A stretch of 64,000 nt of DNA from an uncultured Flavobacteriaceae bacterium (GCA_943789305.1 CALSTP010000002.1:21173-85172), one strand, 5' to 3'; numbered from the stretch's first letter, positions 29,415 to 40,655 are shown. Program-made: numbers and translations. Notes: a model not told the origin generated them from the sequence alone.

Positions 29415-30881
29415 ATGTCATCATCTCTATTTCAACTTGGCCGCAAAAAGTTTTTACGAGCTCCGCAATTAGAGGCCAAATTCACCATCAAAATATTGAT
29501 GGGTCTTGTGATTCTTTATTTTGCAGGATCTTTTTTGTTTGCAGGAGTTGTGATTTATCCCGCCCTAAGTAAGAAATTTCTTGAGCAAGATGCGATTTCA
29601 ATCATTAACAGTTTTTTGGTTTTAATTTTTGCTTTTGAGTTGATTATACGTTATTTTTTGCAGCAGCTTCCTGTTACAGAAATCAAATCTTTCCTTCTTC
29701 TGTCGATCCCCAAAAAACGAATTATTAGAAATGTTTTATTGCGATCTCTGATTACAATTTATAATGTGATTCCTTTTTTGCTTTATCTACCGATCAGTAT
29801 TGCTATGTTTAATGATGATTATCTTTTAAGTCAGGTATTCGCTTGGTGGGTATCACTTGCACTTTTATCTCTAAGTATAAATTTTATAACAATTTTAGTA
29901 AATAAAAACAACAAGGTTTTAGCAACTTTTGTTCTAGTATTTATTTTTGTCTATGTTGTTGAGTATTATTCTGAAACAGAAATTTTAAGATCAACAGGGC
30001 ATTTTTTTGACAGTTTATTGGCCCATCCTATTTTGGTATTGCTTCCGGCATCAATTTTTTTAGGGTTATATTTTATAACCTTTAAATTTTTAAAAATAAA
30101 TATAAACTTAGAGGGGTCTCTTGTTGCAAAAACTGGAGTTGCGAATGCTGAACGCTATAACTTTCTCAATGTTTTTGGTCCTCATGCACTTTTTCTTAAA
30201 AATGATTTAAGGTTGATTGTACGTAACATTAGACCTAGAAATATTGTACTAGCGTCCTTTCTCTTTTTGTTTTATGGCCTAGCTTTTTTCCCTTCAATAG
30301 AATACCAGTCCGCGTTTTTTATTCCTTTTGCTTCGATTTTTATTACGGGAGGTTTTTTATTGACCTTCGGAAACTATGTTCCAGCTTGGGACAGTGAATA
30401 CTATCCATTTTTGATGTGTCAAAACTTGTCTTACAAGCAATATTTAGATTCAAAATGGCGCTTGATGACCTTTGCTGTTCTTGTGTCGACAGTATTATCA
30501 ATTCCTTACATCTACTTTGGAGTAGATATATATTTGATGATTTTATCGGGAGCTTTTTTTAATATTGGTTTAGGGACATGGATAACACTTTACGGAGGCT
30601 TACTCAATAAACAGCCCCTAAAATTAAACGTAAAAGCCAAAGCTTTTGAGAACACTCAAGCCTTTTCTGGAAAACAATTTTTAATGATTTTACCTAAAAT
30701 GATTTTACCCGTTTTACTTTATCTAATTCCTGCTCAAGTTTTTAATTCAACAGTAGGCCTTATCACTCTGGCATCCAGTGGCATATTGGGAATTATTTTT
30801 AAAAACCAAATTCTTAACCAAATGGTCAAATTGTTCGTAAAAGAAAAACACCAAACGCTTCAGGCCTTTACTCAAAAATAA
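29415..30881 (+). CDS. ABC-associated membrane protein (DUF5687-like)
   Basis: Multi-TM, PAWDSEYYPFLMCQN; directly upstream of an ABC ATPase. Confidence 0.7.
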   Translation: MSSSLFQLGRKKFLRAPQLEAKFTIKILMGLVILYFAGSFLFAGVVIYPALSKKFLEQDAISIINSFLVLIFAFELIIRYFLQQLPVTEIKSFLLLSIPKKRIIRNVLLRSLITIYNVIPFLLYLPISIAMFNDDYLLSQVFAWWVSLALLSLSINFITILVNKNNKVLATFVLVFIFVYVVEYYSETEILRSTGHFFDSLLAHPILVLLPASIFLGLYFITFKFLKININLEGSLVAKTGVANAERYNFLNVFGPHALFLKNDLRLIVRNIRPRNIVLASFLFLFYGLAFFPSIEYQSAFFIPFASIFITGGFLLTFGNYVPAWDSEYYPFLMCQNLSYKQYLDSKWRLMTFAVLVSTVLSIPYIYFGVDIYLMILSGAFFNIGLGTWITLYGGLLNKQPLKLNVKAKAFENTQAFSGKQFLMILPKMILPVLLYLIPAQVFNSTVGLITLASSGILGIIFKNQILNQMVKLFVKEKHQTLQAFTQK

Positions 30882-30885
30882 AACA

Positions 30886-31581
30886 ATGATTAAAACAAAT
30901 TCGCTAACCAAAATTTATGGAGATAAAACAGCTTTGAGCATTGATCAACTCGAAATTCCAACAGGGCAGTCTTTTGGATTGGTTGGAAATAATGGTGCAG
31001 GAAAAACTACTTTCTTTAGTTTGTTGCTTGATCTTATAAAGGCATCTTCGGGTGAAATTATTTCCAACAAAATAGCAGTAGCTATAAGTGAGGAATGGAA
31101 AAACTTTACTTCTGCTTTTATAGACGATTCTTTTTTGATAGGGTATCTGACTCCCGAAGAATATTTTTATTTTGTTGGCTCTTTAAGAGGGATTGATCAA
31201 AAAGAGATAGACCTTTTTTTGGAAGCATATGCTGATTTTTTTAATGATGAAATCCTAAATCAAAAAAAATATTTACGTGACTTTTCAAAGGGGAATCAGA
31301 AAAAGGTAGGTCTAGTTGCGACCTTTATTGGGAAACCAAAAGTCATTATTTTGGATGAACCTTTCGCAAACTTAGATCCAACAACTCAAATCAAATTAAA
31401 GCAATTAATACACAAAAAATCAGAGGATAAGGAACTAACTTTATTGATATCAAGCCATGATTTGAATCACCTAACAGAAGTTTGTAATCGTATTGTGTTA
31501 TTGGAAAAAGGATCTGTGATTATGGATAAAGAAACTACTGCTAAAACACTTCAAGAGTTAGAAGATTATTTTTCTGCTTAA
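30886..31581 (+). CDS. ABC transporter ATP-binding protein
   Basis: GNNGAGKT, FSKGNQ, ILDEP. Confidence 0.93.
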   Translation: MIKTNSLTKIYGDKTALSIDQLEIPTGQSFGLVGNNGAGKTTFFSLLLDLIKASSGEIISNKIAVAISEEWKNFTSAFIDDSFLIGYLTPEEYFYFVGSLRGIDQKEIDLFLEAYADFFNDEILNQKKYLRDFSKGNQKKVGLVATFIGKPKVIILDEPFANLDPTTQIKLKQLIHKKSEDKELTLLISSHDLNHLTEVCNRIVLLEKGSVIMDKETTAKTLQELEDYFSA

Positions 31582-31633
31582 AGGCATACTAAAACCCTTA
31601 AATTTAAGTTATTATTATACATCATTTTATTTT

Positions 31634-34102
31634 TTGAAAAAAGTATTAAAATTTAGTGTTTTTTACGTCATTATTTGGGGTATCTGGAGCTGTTCAACTC
31701 AGAAGGACCGTTTTTTTAATAGAGAGTACCATAGTTTGAACACAAAATTTAATGTGCTTTTCAACGCAGAAGAAGCCTTGGATTTAGGAACGATAATTTT
31801 GGCAAGTGAGGCCCAAGATGATTTTTTAAATATCCTTCCAGTAGAATTAATCTCCCTGGATGGAGAAGATGAAAATTCTACAGCCGCGATTCCTAGCTTC
31901 ATCCGAGCAGAGGAAAAGGCAGTAAAGGCCATTCAAAAGCATTCCATGAATTTTAATGGCAAACAAAAAAATGATCAAATCAGTAAGGCTTATTTGCTTT
32001 TGGGGAAAGCGCGGTATTATGACAGACGTTTTTTTCCTGCTCTTGAAGCATTTAATTTTTTATTTGGTTTAAGTTCTGAAGCAGATGTTTTTTACGAAGG
32101 GAAATTGTGGAGAGAGAAAACGAACATACGACTTCGCAATGATGAGCTGGCGGTTTCCAATTTAAAACCACTGGCCAGAACAATGTCAAAAAAAAGTAAA
32201 CTTTATGCAGAAGTTAATGCAACTTTAGCTCAGGCTTTTTTGAATATTCAACAAACAGATTCTGCGCTTAAATATATTAAAACAGCAGCAAAAGCTGAGC
32301 GCGATAGAACCTTACAAACTCGTTATCGTTTTATCGAAGCTCAACTTTTTGAGCTTTTGAAGCAAAAAGATTCAGCACAACTCGCTTTTTCATCCATTGT
32401 AGACTTAAAACGAAAAGCTCCCCGACTATATTGGATGCATTCTAAATTGAACGAATTGCGAATACAATCCGAAATTAGTGGAGAGAGTCCAGAAAAAGCA
32501 TTGGAAAAGCTAAGCAATGCTTTTGAAAACGAAAACTTCACTCACTTAATTTACAGACAGCAAGCACGGTATTATTTGACTCAAGGAAAGGATAGTTTAG
32601 CAAAACAATTTTATAATAAATCTTTGAGATCCCCAAGCATAGACCGGCCTACCCGAAGACAAAATTATCGAGATCTAGCAAACAAAGCATTTGATTATGG
32701 AAATTATGTAGGAGCAGGAGCATATTTAGATAGTCTTTTGGGTCAATTTCTTCAAGAAAGTCGTCAAAGAACAATTGTTTTGAGAGAGCGAGAGGGACTT
32801 CAAGATGTTATTTTTTATGAAAAAACTATTCGAGTGGCAGACAGTATTCTTAAACTCACCTCAATGCAACCCGAAGAACAATTAGCCTATTACCAAAAAG
32901 CAATAGACTCTAAAAGAGCGAAAGAACTAGCAAAAATTGAACTAGAAAAAAGACCTCTTATAAGTATTTTGAATGGATCAAATCAGAAAAAATTTTATTT
33001 TTATAATGAAAACCTTGTAGTCCTGGGGAAACAAGAATTTGCTTCCAATTATGGGAATCGTCCAAATATAGACAATTGGAACAGAATAGAATCTTTAAAT
33101 AAGACTATTGTTTTAAATCAAAATGAGGCAAGTGTTGAAAAAGAACAAAAGCTTATTATCAAAGAAGATGCTCAATCCTATGTAGACCTACTTCCTAAAT
33201 CTTTAACATTTTTAGACAGCTTATCTGACCAAAGAAATCAAGCATATCTAGAATTAGGAATTTTATACAAGGAAAAATTTAAGAACTCTGTTTTAGCTAG
33301 TAACCGTCTAAAAAAATTGTTAGCCAGTGAACCTAACGAAAATCAAGAAATCAACGCATGGTATCATTTATTTAAAATGAATGAGTTAGATAAACCAAAA
33401 ACTGCGTTTGTTTATAAAGAAAAAATTTTAAATGAATATCCAGATTCTCGTTTTGCAAGAATAATCAATGACCCAGAAAATTTTAAATTAAAAGAAAATG
33501 AAACTCCTGAAATTCGATATGAGTCGCTATATGATTTGTATTTAAAACAACAATACGAGGAAGTTTTAACTCAAGGAGAAGATCTGTTGATTATTTTTAG
33601 CGGTTCTCCTTTGGTTTCAAAAGTAGCTCATATTATGGCTAATGCATCAGGGCGATTAGATGGTATTGAGGTATGGAAAGAGAAATTGAATAAATTGATT
33701 GAAATTTATCCCAATTCAGAAGCTTCATCTCAAGCCAAAAACACTTTGGCTGCATTGAAAACAACTATTCAGGGAGAAAAACCAACTAAGGTTTATTTGA
33801 ACTATAAATTGATTTTCCCAATTTTAAAGGAAAATCAAAAACAATTTCAGGAATTGAGTGATGAAGTAAAACGGGCACTTAAAGAGGCAAATATATCATT
33901 TGGAAGTATTACAAATGAAGTATATGATCGAGACTATGTTTTTTTAGTGGTTAACGATTTAAGGGAAAAACCGAATACTACATTTATACTCAAAGACACA
34001 ACACTAACCGAATTATCAAGTATGTTTTCAAATAAATTTGTAGTTTTGTCATCCCAATACAAAGACATTCAATTGTTTAAAAACTGGAAAGCAATTAAAT
34101 AA
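31634..34102 (+). CDS. sprE: T9SS/gliding motility TPR lipoprotein SprE (PorW)
   Basis: Lipobox WSC, KAVKAIQKHSM, AYLLLGKARYYD, FYFYN...DNW; sits upstream of bactofilin and atp. Confidence 0.75.
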   Translation: MKKVLKFSVFYVIIWGIWSCSTQKDRFFNREYHSLNTKFNVLFNAEEALDLGTIILASEAQDDFLNILPVELISLDGEDENSTAAIPSFIRAEEKAVKAIQKHSMNFNGKQKNDQISKAYLLLGKARYYDRRFFPALEAFNFLFGLSSEADVFYEGKLWREKTNIRLRNDELAVSNLKPLARTMSKKSKLYAEVNATLAQAFLNIQQTDSALKYIKTAAKAERDRTLQTRYRFIEAQLFELLKQKDSAQLAFSSIVDLKRKAPRLYWMHSKLNELRIQSEISGESPEKALEKLSNAFENENFTHLIYRQQARYYLTQGKDSLAKQFYNKSLRSPSIDRPTRRQNYRDLANKAFDYGNYVGAGAYLDSLLGQFLQESRQRTIVLREREGLQDVIFYEKTIRVADSILKLTSMQPEEQLAYYQKAIDSKRAKELAKIELEKRPLISILNGSNQKKFYFYNENLVVLGKQEFASNYGNRPNIDNWNRIESLNKTIVLNQNEASVEKEQKLIIKEDAQSYVDLLPKSLTFLDSLSDQRNQAYLELGILYKEKFKNSVLASNRLKKLLASEPNENQEINAWYHLFKMNELDKPKTAFVYKEKILNEYPDSRFARIINDPENFKLKENETPEIRYESLYDLYLKQQYEEVLTQGEDLLIIFSGSPLVSKVAHIMANASGRLDGIEVWKEKLNKLIEIYPNSEASSQAKNTLAALKTTIQGEKPTKVYLNYKLIFPILKENQKQFQELSDEVKRALKEANISFGSITNEVYDRDYVFLVVNDLREKPNTTFILKDTTLTELSSMFSNKFVVLSSQYKDIQLFKNWKAIK

Positions 34103-34114
34103 TCTATATTTAAC

Positions 34115-34495
34115 ATGAAAAATAACGAACTCAACGGGCAACCCAATCGAATAGAGAAAAACACCAAAATTAAAGGAGATATTGTTTCTGAAGCAGATTT
34201 CAGAATAGATGGAACTTTAGAAGGCTCGATTAAAACATCAGGGAAGGTTGTTATCGGAAAAGATGGTGTCATCAAAGGAGTAATCGATTGTGCTTTTGCT
34301 GATATTGAAGGAAAATTTAATGGGAAGTTAGAGGTTAAAGAAAGCCTTTCTTTGAAATCTATGTGTCAACTAGATGGCGAAGTAGTTATTGGAAAACTCA
34401 TTGTAGAATCTGGAGCAATTTTTAATGCTAAATGCACTATGCGCTCAACTTCAGATGTAAAATCATTAAGCGAAAAAATTGAAAAAACAGCCTAA
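34115..34495 (+). CDS. Bactofilin (polymer-forming cytoskeletal protein)
   Basis: TKIKGDIVSEADFRIDG...GAIFN beta-helix repeats. Confidence 0.88.
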   Translation: MKNNELNGQPNRIEKNTKIKGDIVSEADFRIDGTLEGSIKTSGKVVIGKDGVIKGVIDCAFADIEGKFNGKLEVKESLSLKSMCQLDGEVVIGKLIVESGAIFNAKCTMRSTSDVKSLSEKIEKTA

Positions 34496-34688
34496 ACACT
34501 GGCTTGTTTTTTCTTCTTTAGCTGTTCAAATTGCAGTAGTAGTTTACGCAGCTGTTAAGGGAGGTCATTGGCTTGATCAATATTTTAAAACTCAAAGTAA
34601 TTTTTGGGCATTGTCTTTATCTGCTCTAGGAATTATTTTGATTTTGATTCTCATACAAAAACAATCAAAACATTTAAACGATTCTTGA
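34479..34688 (+). CDS. AtpZ/AtpI family protein
   Basis: Two TM segments, GHWLD, upstream of atpB. Confidence 0.7.
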   Translation: MKKQPKHWLVFSSLAVQIAVVVYAAVKGGHWLDQYFKTQSNFWALSLSALGIILILILIQKQSKHLNDS

Positions 34689-35059
34689 AAACAAATACAG
34701 CATTCATCTTTGTACTAATTTTCACTGCAGTTTTAATCGTTCATTTGGGAGTTTTATACTTTTTTGGAATCTCCCTTTGGTCGAATAACATTTTGCTGAG
34801 TTATAGTTCAAATTTTCTTTTAGCAGCAATAATCTTATGGATCTTATTTAAAGTTTTTGATCGGAATAAAGATCATGTTGGCTTTTTATTTATGGGAAGT
34901 AGTTTACTTAAATTTCTCCTTTTTTTTCTTGTTTTTTATCCAGTATATAAAGCAGATGGAATTGTTCAAAAAACAGAAGCAGTTACCTTTTTTATACCAT
35001 ATTTCACGGGTTTGTTTCTAGAAACAGTACTGTTAGTTCGAAAATTAAATAAAATATAA
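34685..35059 (+). CDS. AtpI-like membrane protein (DUF6168-like)
   Basis: Four TM segments, GFLFMGSSLLK, FFIPY; TTG start overlaps the previous stop. Confidence 0.65.
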   Translation: MKTNTAFIFVLIFTAVLIVHLGVLYFFGISLWSNNILLSYSSNFLLAAIILWILFKVFDRNKDHVGFLFMGSSLLKFLLFFLVFYPVYKADGIVQKTEAVTFFIPYFTGLFLETVLLVRKLNKI

Positions 35060-35119
35060 GTAGGAAGTGTTTTTCTTTTTAATGTAAAGCCTTACATTTG
35101 CATCGCATTTCAAAAAACA

Positions 35120-36262
35120 ATGAGCAGATCCACTAGATTTACTTTACTTAACAAGAAAACACTGATTTTAATAGTAATACTTATATCAGGGTTAGTGTTT
35201 GCCAAAGAAAAAGAAGAATCCTCTAAAAACCTTCCTGCCAAAGAAATTCAAAAAAAAGAGATCAAAGATTACATCATGCATCATTTGCAGGATTCTTATG
35301 ATTTCAGTTTGTTTTCATACACCGATGAGGATGGAGCTCATGTTTATTTTGGTTTTCCTCTTCCAATAATTCTTTGGGATAATGGGCTAAAAGTTTTTTC
35401 CTCTTCCAGATTTCACCACGGTGAAACTGTTGCAGAAGTTGACGGCAACTTTTATGCCATCAGTCACAACAAAATTTATAAAACAGATCAAGCGGGCACT
35501 ATTATTTACGATCAAGAGCATCATGCTACAAACATAGCTCCTTTGGATTTATCAATTACTAAAGGTGTTCTGAGTATAATGTTTACTGCATTTTTAATGT
35601 TCTTTTTATTCAAAAGCCTTGCAGATTCCTATGCTAAAAATGGTCGAATTGCCTCTGGAGCGGGTCGCTTTTTTGAACCAATTGTACTTTACATTCGAGA
35701 TGATATTGCCATTCCAAACATTGGAGAAAAACATTATAAAAAATACATGAGTTTTTTGCTTACCGTATTTTTCTTTGTTTGGTTTCTTAATATTTTGGGG
35801 TTAACTCCGCTCGGAATTAATGTAACAGGTAATATTGCTGTAACATTTTGTTTGGCGTTACTTACTTTCCTTTTGACGAACCTTACTGGGACTAAAGATT
35901 ATTGGTTGCACATTTTTGACCCTTTGGGGACAACAATGAAGTGGTATGCCAAAATTCCATTGTACATTATTTTAATTCCGATAGAAGTTTTGGGGATATT
36001 TATTAAACCTTTTTCTCTCTTAATTCGTTTGTATGCAAACATGCAAGCAGGGCATATTGTTTTGATGAGTTTGATAGGGTTGATGTTTATATTTAAAAGT
36101 TGGTTAGGAAGTCCGCTTTCATTTGGACTTGCTTTTGCAATTTCACTGATTGAAGTTTTAGTAGCCTTGCTACAAGCATATATATTTACGATGTTATCAG
36201 CGCTGTATTTTGGTTTTGCCTCAGAGGAGCATGAGCATCACAATGAAATTGAAGCGCATTAA
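35120..36262 (+). CDS. atpB: ATP synthase subunit a
   Basis: KPFSLLIRLYANMQAGH, LQAYIF; TACATTTG promoter element at 35093. Confidence 0.95.
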   Translation: MSRSTRFTLLNKKTLILIVILISGLVFAKEKEESSKNLPAKEIQKKEIKDYIMHHLQDSYDFSLFSYTDEDGAHVYFGFPLPIILWDNGLKVFSSSRFHHGETVAEVDGNFYAISHNKIYKTDQAGTIIYDQEHHATNIAPLDLSITKGVLSIMFTAFLMFFLFKSLADSYAKNGRIASGAGRFFEPIVLYIRDDIAIPNIGEKHYKKYMSFLLTVFFFVWFLNILGLTPLGINVTGNIAVTFCLALLTFLLTNLTGTKDYWLHIFDPLGTTMKWYAKIPLYIILIPIEVLGIFIKPFSLLIRLYANMQAGHIVLMSLIGLMFIFKSWLGSPLSFGLAFAISLIEVLVALLQAYIFTMLSALYFGFASEEHEHHNEIEAH

Positions 36263-36302
36263 GCGATTCATATAATGAGTGTTTAATTTAATATTTACAA
36301 TT

Positions 36303-36497
36303 ATGGAAATTCCAGTAATGGTAGGTGCAGGTTTAGTTGTTATCGGTGTCGGAATGGGTATCGGAAGAATTGGTGGTTCTGCAATGGATGCAATTGCACG
36401 CCAACCTGAAGCTTACGGAAAGATTCAAACAGCGATGTTAATCGCCGCTGCATTGATCGAAGGTATTGGTTTTGCTGCACTTTTTGCAGTAAGCTAA
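36303..36497 (+). CDS. atpE: ATP synthase subunit c
   Basis: GxGxGxG motif, ARQPE, LIEG; ATG 36303. Confidence 0.95.
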   Translation: MEIPVMVGAGLVVIGVGMGIGRIGGSAMDAIARQPEAYGKIQTAMLIAAALIEGIGFAALFAVS

Positions 36498-36506
36498 AAC
36501 AAATTG

Positions 36507-36541
36507 ATAAAGCTGTAACGGTTGGTTGCAGCTTTATTTTT
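36507..36541 (+). terminator. Intra-operon hairpin after atpE
   Basis: ATAAAGCTGTAAC-GGTTG-GTTGCAGCTTTAT followed by a T run. Confidence 0.7.
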
Positions 36542-36571
36542 AAAGTAAAAATTAAACCATAAACAAATAGA

Positions 36572-37072
36572 ATGGAAAAATTATTAAACGAGTTTTCATT
36601 AGGTCTTTTTTTCTGGCAATTATTATTGTTTGTTGCTCTTCTATTGTTGCTCAAAAAGTTTGCTTGGAAGCCCATTTTAGATGCTGTTAATGAACGAGAA
36701 ACATCAATTAAAGACTCGTTGAGTGCAGCAGAAAAAGCTCGTGATGAAATGCAAGCCGTTCAGGCCGACAACAAACGCATTTTAAAAGAGGCTCGTGCTG
36801 AAAGAGATGCTCTTTTATCTGAAGCAAAAACAGCAAGTATTCAAATGATTAATCAAGCAAAGGAAGATGCAAAAGCTGAGGCAGATAAAATAATTGCTCA
36901 AGCCCAAGAAATGATTCAAAACGAAAAGAAAGCAGCTGTTAATGATTTGAAAAGTCAAGTTGCTCAACTTTCGATTGACATAGCTGAAAAAGTTTTACAA
37001 ACTGAATTGAAGGATAAAGCAACTCAACAAAAATTAGTAAAACTATTGGTTGACGAGATTTCCGTAAAATAA
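36572..37072 (+). CDS. atpF: ATP synthase subunit b
   Basis: LFFWQ...KFAWKPIL, long coiled coil. Confidence 0.94.
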   Translation: MEKLLNEFSLGLFFWQLLLFVALLLLLKKFAWKPILDAVNERETSIKDSLSAAEKARDEMQAVQADNKRILKEARAERDALLSEAKTASIQMINQAKEDAKAEADKIIAQAQEMIQNEKKAAVNDLKSQVAQLSIDIAEKVLQTELKDKATQQKLVKLLVDEISVK

Positions 37073-37076
37073 ATTG

Positions 37077-37625
37077 ATGAAAAATAACCGTGCCGCATTA
37101 CGTTATGCAAAAGCTACTTTAAGTCTTGCACTAGAGCAGGGGAATGCTCCTGTAATCGAACAAGACATGGTCGCCGTTATTGATGCTTGTTCTACAAATC
37201 AAAATCTGGTAGATTTTTTGGACAACCCCGTTCTTTCAATACAATCTAAACAAGAAATGGTTTTTAAAGTTTTCAGCTCCTTTTCAGAGGGAAGTAAAAA
37301 CTTGATTAGTATTCTAGCAGCTAATAATCGAATCAACTTGTTAGATCAGGTTGCAGAACAATTTGTTGCCCTCAATCAAATTCAACAAGGAAAACAAAAA
37401 GCAGTGGTAACCTCAGCAGTTCCTCTAACACCAGTCCTCGAAAAAACAATACTCGATAAAGCTAAAGAATTATCTTCAGCAACCTTAATCCTAAGTAATG
37501 TTGTAAATCCATCCATCATAGGAGGATTTATTTTACGGATTGGAGATTTACAATATAATGCAAGTGTAGTCGATCAATTAGACACACTAAAAAGACAATT
37601 GACAAAAACCAATTATAGCGTTTAA
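37077..37625 (+). CDS. atpH: ATP synthase subunit delta
   Basis: RYAKA, NPSIIGGFILRIGD. Confidence 0.93.
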   Translation: MKNNRAALRYAKATLSLALEQGNAPVIEQDMVAVIDACSTNQNLVDFLDNPVLSIQSKQEMVFKVFSSFSEGSKNLISILAANNRINLLDQVAEQFVALNQIQQGKQKAVVTSAVPLTPVLEKTILDKAKELSSATLILSNVVNPSIIGGFILRIGDLQYNASVVDQLDTLKRQLTKTNYSV

Positions 37626-37634
37626 ATACATACT

Positions 37635-39212
37635 ATGGCAGCAATTAAACCCGCTGAAGTTTCAGCAATTTTAAAAGACCAACTCGCAGGATTTGAAGCA
37701 TCAGCTTCATTGGACGAAGTAGGAACAGTTCTTCAAGTAGGAGACGGAATAGCACGTGTTTACGGACTTTCTAATGCTCAATATGGAGAATTAGTTCGAT
37801 TTGATTCTGGACTTGAAGGAATGGTCTTGAATTTAGAAGAAGATAATGTAGGAGTTGTACTGTTGGGACCTTCAAAAGAAATTTCGGAAGGAGACACCGT
37901 AAAACGAACTAAGAGAATCGCTTCTATCAAGGTAGGAGAGAGTATAGTGGGTCGAGTTGTTGATACCTTAGGAAATCCAATTGACGGAAAAGGATCTTTA
38001 GAAGGAGAATTGTTTGAAATGCCTCTGGAACGAAAAGCACCTGGGGTAATTTATCGTCAGCCAGTAAATGAACCTATGCAAACGGGGATCAAGTCTATTG
38101 ACGCCATGATTCCGGTTGGTAGAGGACAACGTGAATTGGTTATTGGTGACCGTCAAACAGGGAAAACTACAGTTTGTATTGACACCATCTTGAATCAAAA
38201 AGAATTCTACGATGCCGGTGAACCGGTGTATTGTATCTATGTTGCTATTGGTCAAAAAGCTTCAACAGTAGCAGGGATAGCAAAAGTATTGGAAGACAAA
38301 GGCGCATTGGCTTATACAACAATTGTTGCAGCTAACGCATCAGACCCAGCTCCAATGCAGGTTTATGCACCTTTCGCAGGAGCAGCAATTGGTGAATATT
38401 TTCGGGATACAGGACGTCCAGCTTTGATTATATATGATGATTTATCTAAACAAGCTGTGGCTTACCGTGAGGTATCCTTACTACTCCGTCGCCCACCAGG
38501 ACGTGAAGCCTATCCCGGGGATGTATTTTACTTACATTCTCGTTTGTTGGAGCGTGCAGCAAAAGTTATTGCTGATGATGAAATAGCTAAAGGGATGAAT
38601 GACCTTCCAGACTCATTAAAAGATAAAATTAAAGGAGGAGGCTCTTTAACTGCACTTCCAATTATTGAAACTCAAGCAGGAGATGTATCTGCATACATAC
38701 CCACTAATGTGATTTCAATTACAGATGGACAAATTTTCTTGGAGTCTGATTTGTTTAACTCTGGAGTTCGTCCTGCAATTAATGTTGGTATTTCAGTATC
38801 ACGTGTTGGAGGTTCTGCACAGATTAAATCCATGAAAAAAGTATCGGGAACTCTAAAATTAGATCAAGCCCAATTCCGAGAATTGGAGGCTTTTGCTAAG
38901 TTTGGATCTGACCTTGATGCGGCAACTTTAAATGTTATTGAAAAAGGGCGTCGTAATGTAGAGATTTTAAAGCAAGCTCAGAATGACCCTTACACCGTTG
39001 AAGACCAAACAGCAATAATTTACGCAGGATCAAAAAACCTATTGCGAAGTGTTCCTGTTGATCAAGTAAAGGCATTTGAAAAGAGCTTTATCGAAACATT
39101 GAACAGCAAGCATAGAGATGTTCTAGATACTATTAAAGCAGGAAAGTTAACGGATGAGGTTTTGGACACCCTAAACAGTGTAGCTAAAGAAACAGCAGCT
39201 CAATTTGAATAA
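37635..39212 (+). CDS. atpA: ATP synthase subunit alpha
   Basis: [21 protein letters not shown]. Confidence 0.98.
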   Translation: MAAIKPAEVSAILKDQLAGFEASASLDEVGTVLQVGDGIARVYGLSNAQYGELVRFDSGLEGMVLNLEEDNVGVVLLGPSKEISEGDTVKRTKRIASIKVGESIVGRVVDTLGNPIDGKGSLEGELFEMPLERKAPGVIYRQPVNEPMQTGIKSIDAMIPVGRGQRELVIGDRQTGKTTVCIDTILNQKEFYDAGEPVYCIYVAIGQKASTVAGIAKVLEDKGALAYTTIVAANASDPAPMQVYAPFAGAAIGEYFRDTGRPALIIYDDLSKQAVAYREVSLLLRRPPGREAYPGDVFYLHSRLLERAAKVIADDEIAKGMNDLPDSLKDKIKGGGSLTALPIIETQAGDVSAYIPTNVISITDGQIFLESDLFNSGVRPAINVGISVSRVGGSAQIKSMKKVSGTLKLDQAQFRELEAFAKFGSDLDAATLNVIEKGRRNVEILKQAQNDPYTVEDQTAIIYAGSKNLLRSVPVDQVKAFEKSFIETLNSKHRDVLDTIKAGKLTDEVLDTLNSVAKETAAQFE

Positions 39213-39224
39213 ACGAATAGTAGT

Positions 39225-40088
39225 ATGGCTAATTTAAAAGAGATACGGAATAGGATTGCATCGGTTTCCTCGACTATGCAAATAACTTCTGCCATGAAAA
39301 TGGTTTCTGCAGCAAAACTCAAGAAAGCTCAAGATGCCATTACGGCTATGCGACCATATTCCGATAAATTAACCGAACTGATTCAGAATTTGAGCAATTC
39401 TATTGATGGAGATACGCAAAACCCTTTCACAGTAAAAAGACCGATTCAAAATGTCTTAATTATTGTAATAACCTCCAATCGTGGTTTATGTGGTGGGTTT
39501 AACTCAAGTGTAATAAAAGAGGTTACCAAAAAAGTTGAGACTACTTATGCGAACAAAAACGTAAGTCTACTTACTCTTGGGAAAAAAGGAAATGATATTT
39601 TACAAAAATCCTTTTCTGTAGTAGAAAACAACAATGATATCTTTGATCAGTTGACGTTCTCTAATGCCAGTAAAATTGCAGAAAGGTTTATGAGTGATTT
39701 TACTAGTAAGGAGTACGATATTATTGAAGTGGTTTACAATCGTTTTAAAAATGCAGCTACTCAAATTGTTACAACAGAAGCCTTATTGCCAATTATTTCA
39801 ACTCAAGACGAAAATACGACAACACCTACCGATTATATTTTTGAACCCACGCAAGAATCAATCGTAGACGAACTATTACCCAAAAGTATTAAAATGCAAT
39901 TGTTTAAAGCATTAAGAGACTCTTTTGCAAGTGAACATGGGGCCAGAATGACCGCTATGCACAAAGCAACAGATAATGCTACAGACCTCAGAGATCAATT
40001 AAAATTGACTTATAATCAAGCACGTCAAGCATCGATAACAAATGAAATCCTTGAAATAGTAGGTGGAGCAGAAGCCCTGAATTCATAA
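39225..40088 (+). CDS. atpG: ATP synthase subunit gamma
   Basis: QITSAMKMVSAAK, RQASITNEILEI. Confidence 0.97.
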   Translation: MANLKEIRNRIASVSSTMQITSAMKMVSAAKLKKAQDAITAMRPYSDKLTELIQNLSNSIDGDTQNPFTVKRPIQNVLIIVITSNRGLCGGFNSSVIKEVTKKVETTYANKNVSLLTLGKKGNDILQKSFSVVENNNDIFDQLTFSNASKIAERFMSDFTSKEYDIIEVVYNRFKNAATQIVTTEALLPIISTQDENTTTPTDYIFEPTQESIVDELLPKSIKMQLFKALRDSFASEHGARMTAMHKATDNATDLRDQLKLTYNQARQASITNEILEIVGGAEALNS

Positions 40089-40111
40089 TTTTTTAGAGCA
40101 ACATTTTTTAC

Positions 40112-40136
40112 AAAGCCCTTTTACTAGGGCCTTTTT
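40112..40136 (+). terminator. Intrinsic terminator after atpG
   Basis: GCCCT...AGGGC stem followed by a T run. Confidence 0.65.
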
Positions 40137-40211
40137 ATGAAAGTTTTCTTTGGTACGGTCTACAGTTTTATGCCATTCTTTTTTGTATTTTTAGGGGTAT
40201 AAAAAAGAAAG

Positions 40212-40649
40212 ATGATTACTGTACCCATAATAAATGAAAGTCCATTTGATCTCCCAAGTTTTGCAACAGCAAATTCAGCAGGCGTTGATCTTCGGGCTAA
40301 AATTGCAAACTCTATTACTTTGGGGACTTTAGAACGAGTAATTATAGGAACGGGTCTCAAAATGGCGTTACCCGAAGGATATGAGGCTCAAGTTCGTCCA
40401 AGAAGTGGTCTTGCGGCAAAACATGGAATTAGCGTTCTTAACGCTCCTGGAACTATCGATGCAGATTATCGCGGAGAAATAGGGGTAATTTTAGTCAACT
40501 TATCTAATGAGCCATTTACCATTCATCCCGGGGAACGCATTGCACAATTAGTTGTAGCCCAATACAAACAAGTAGAATGGAAACTTCAGGAAACTTTAGA
40601 TACTACTGAGCGTGGTTCTGGTGGTTTTGGAAGTACAGGAAAAGAATAA
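40212..40649 (+). CDS. dut: dUTP diphosphatase
   Basis: PRSGLA, GTIDADYRGE, RGSGGFGSTG. Confidence 0.96.
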   Translation: MITVPIINESPFDLPSFATANSAGVDLRAKIANSITLGTLERVIIGTGLKMALPEGYEAQVRPRSGLAAKHGISVLNAPGTIDADYRGEIGVILVNLSNEPFTIHPGERIAQLVVAQYKQVEWKLQETLDTTERGSGGFGSTGKE

Positions 40650-40655
40650 TACCAG

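Noticed and set aside
35120-40088. ATP synthase operon lacking atpD and atpC; possible Na+ specificity
   Set aside because: A separate atpDC locus is normal in flavobacteria, and subunit c has LIEGIG without the polar Na+-binding residues
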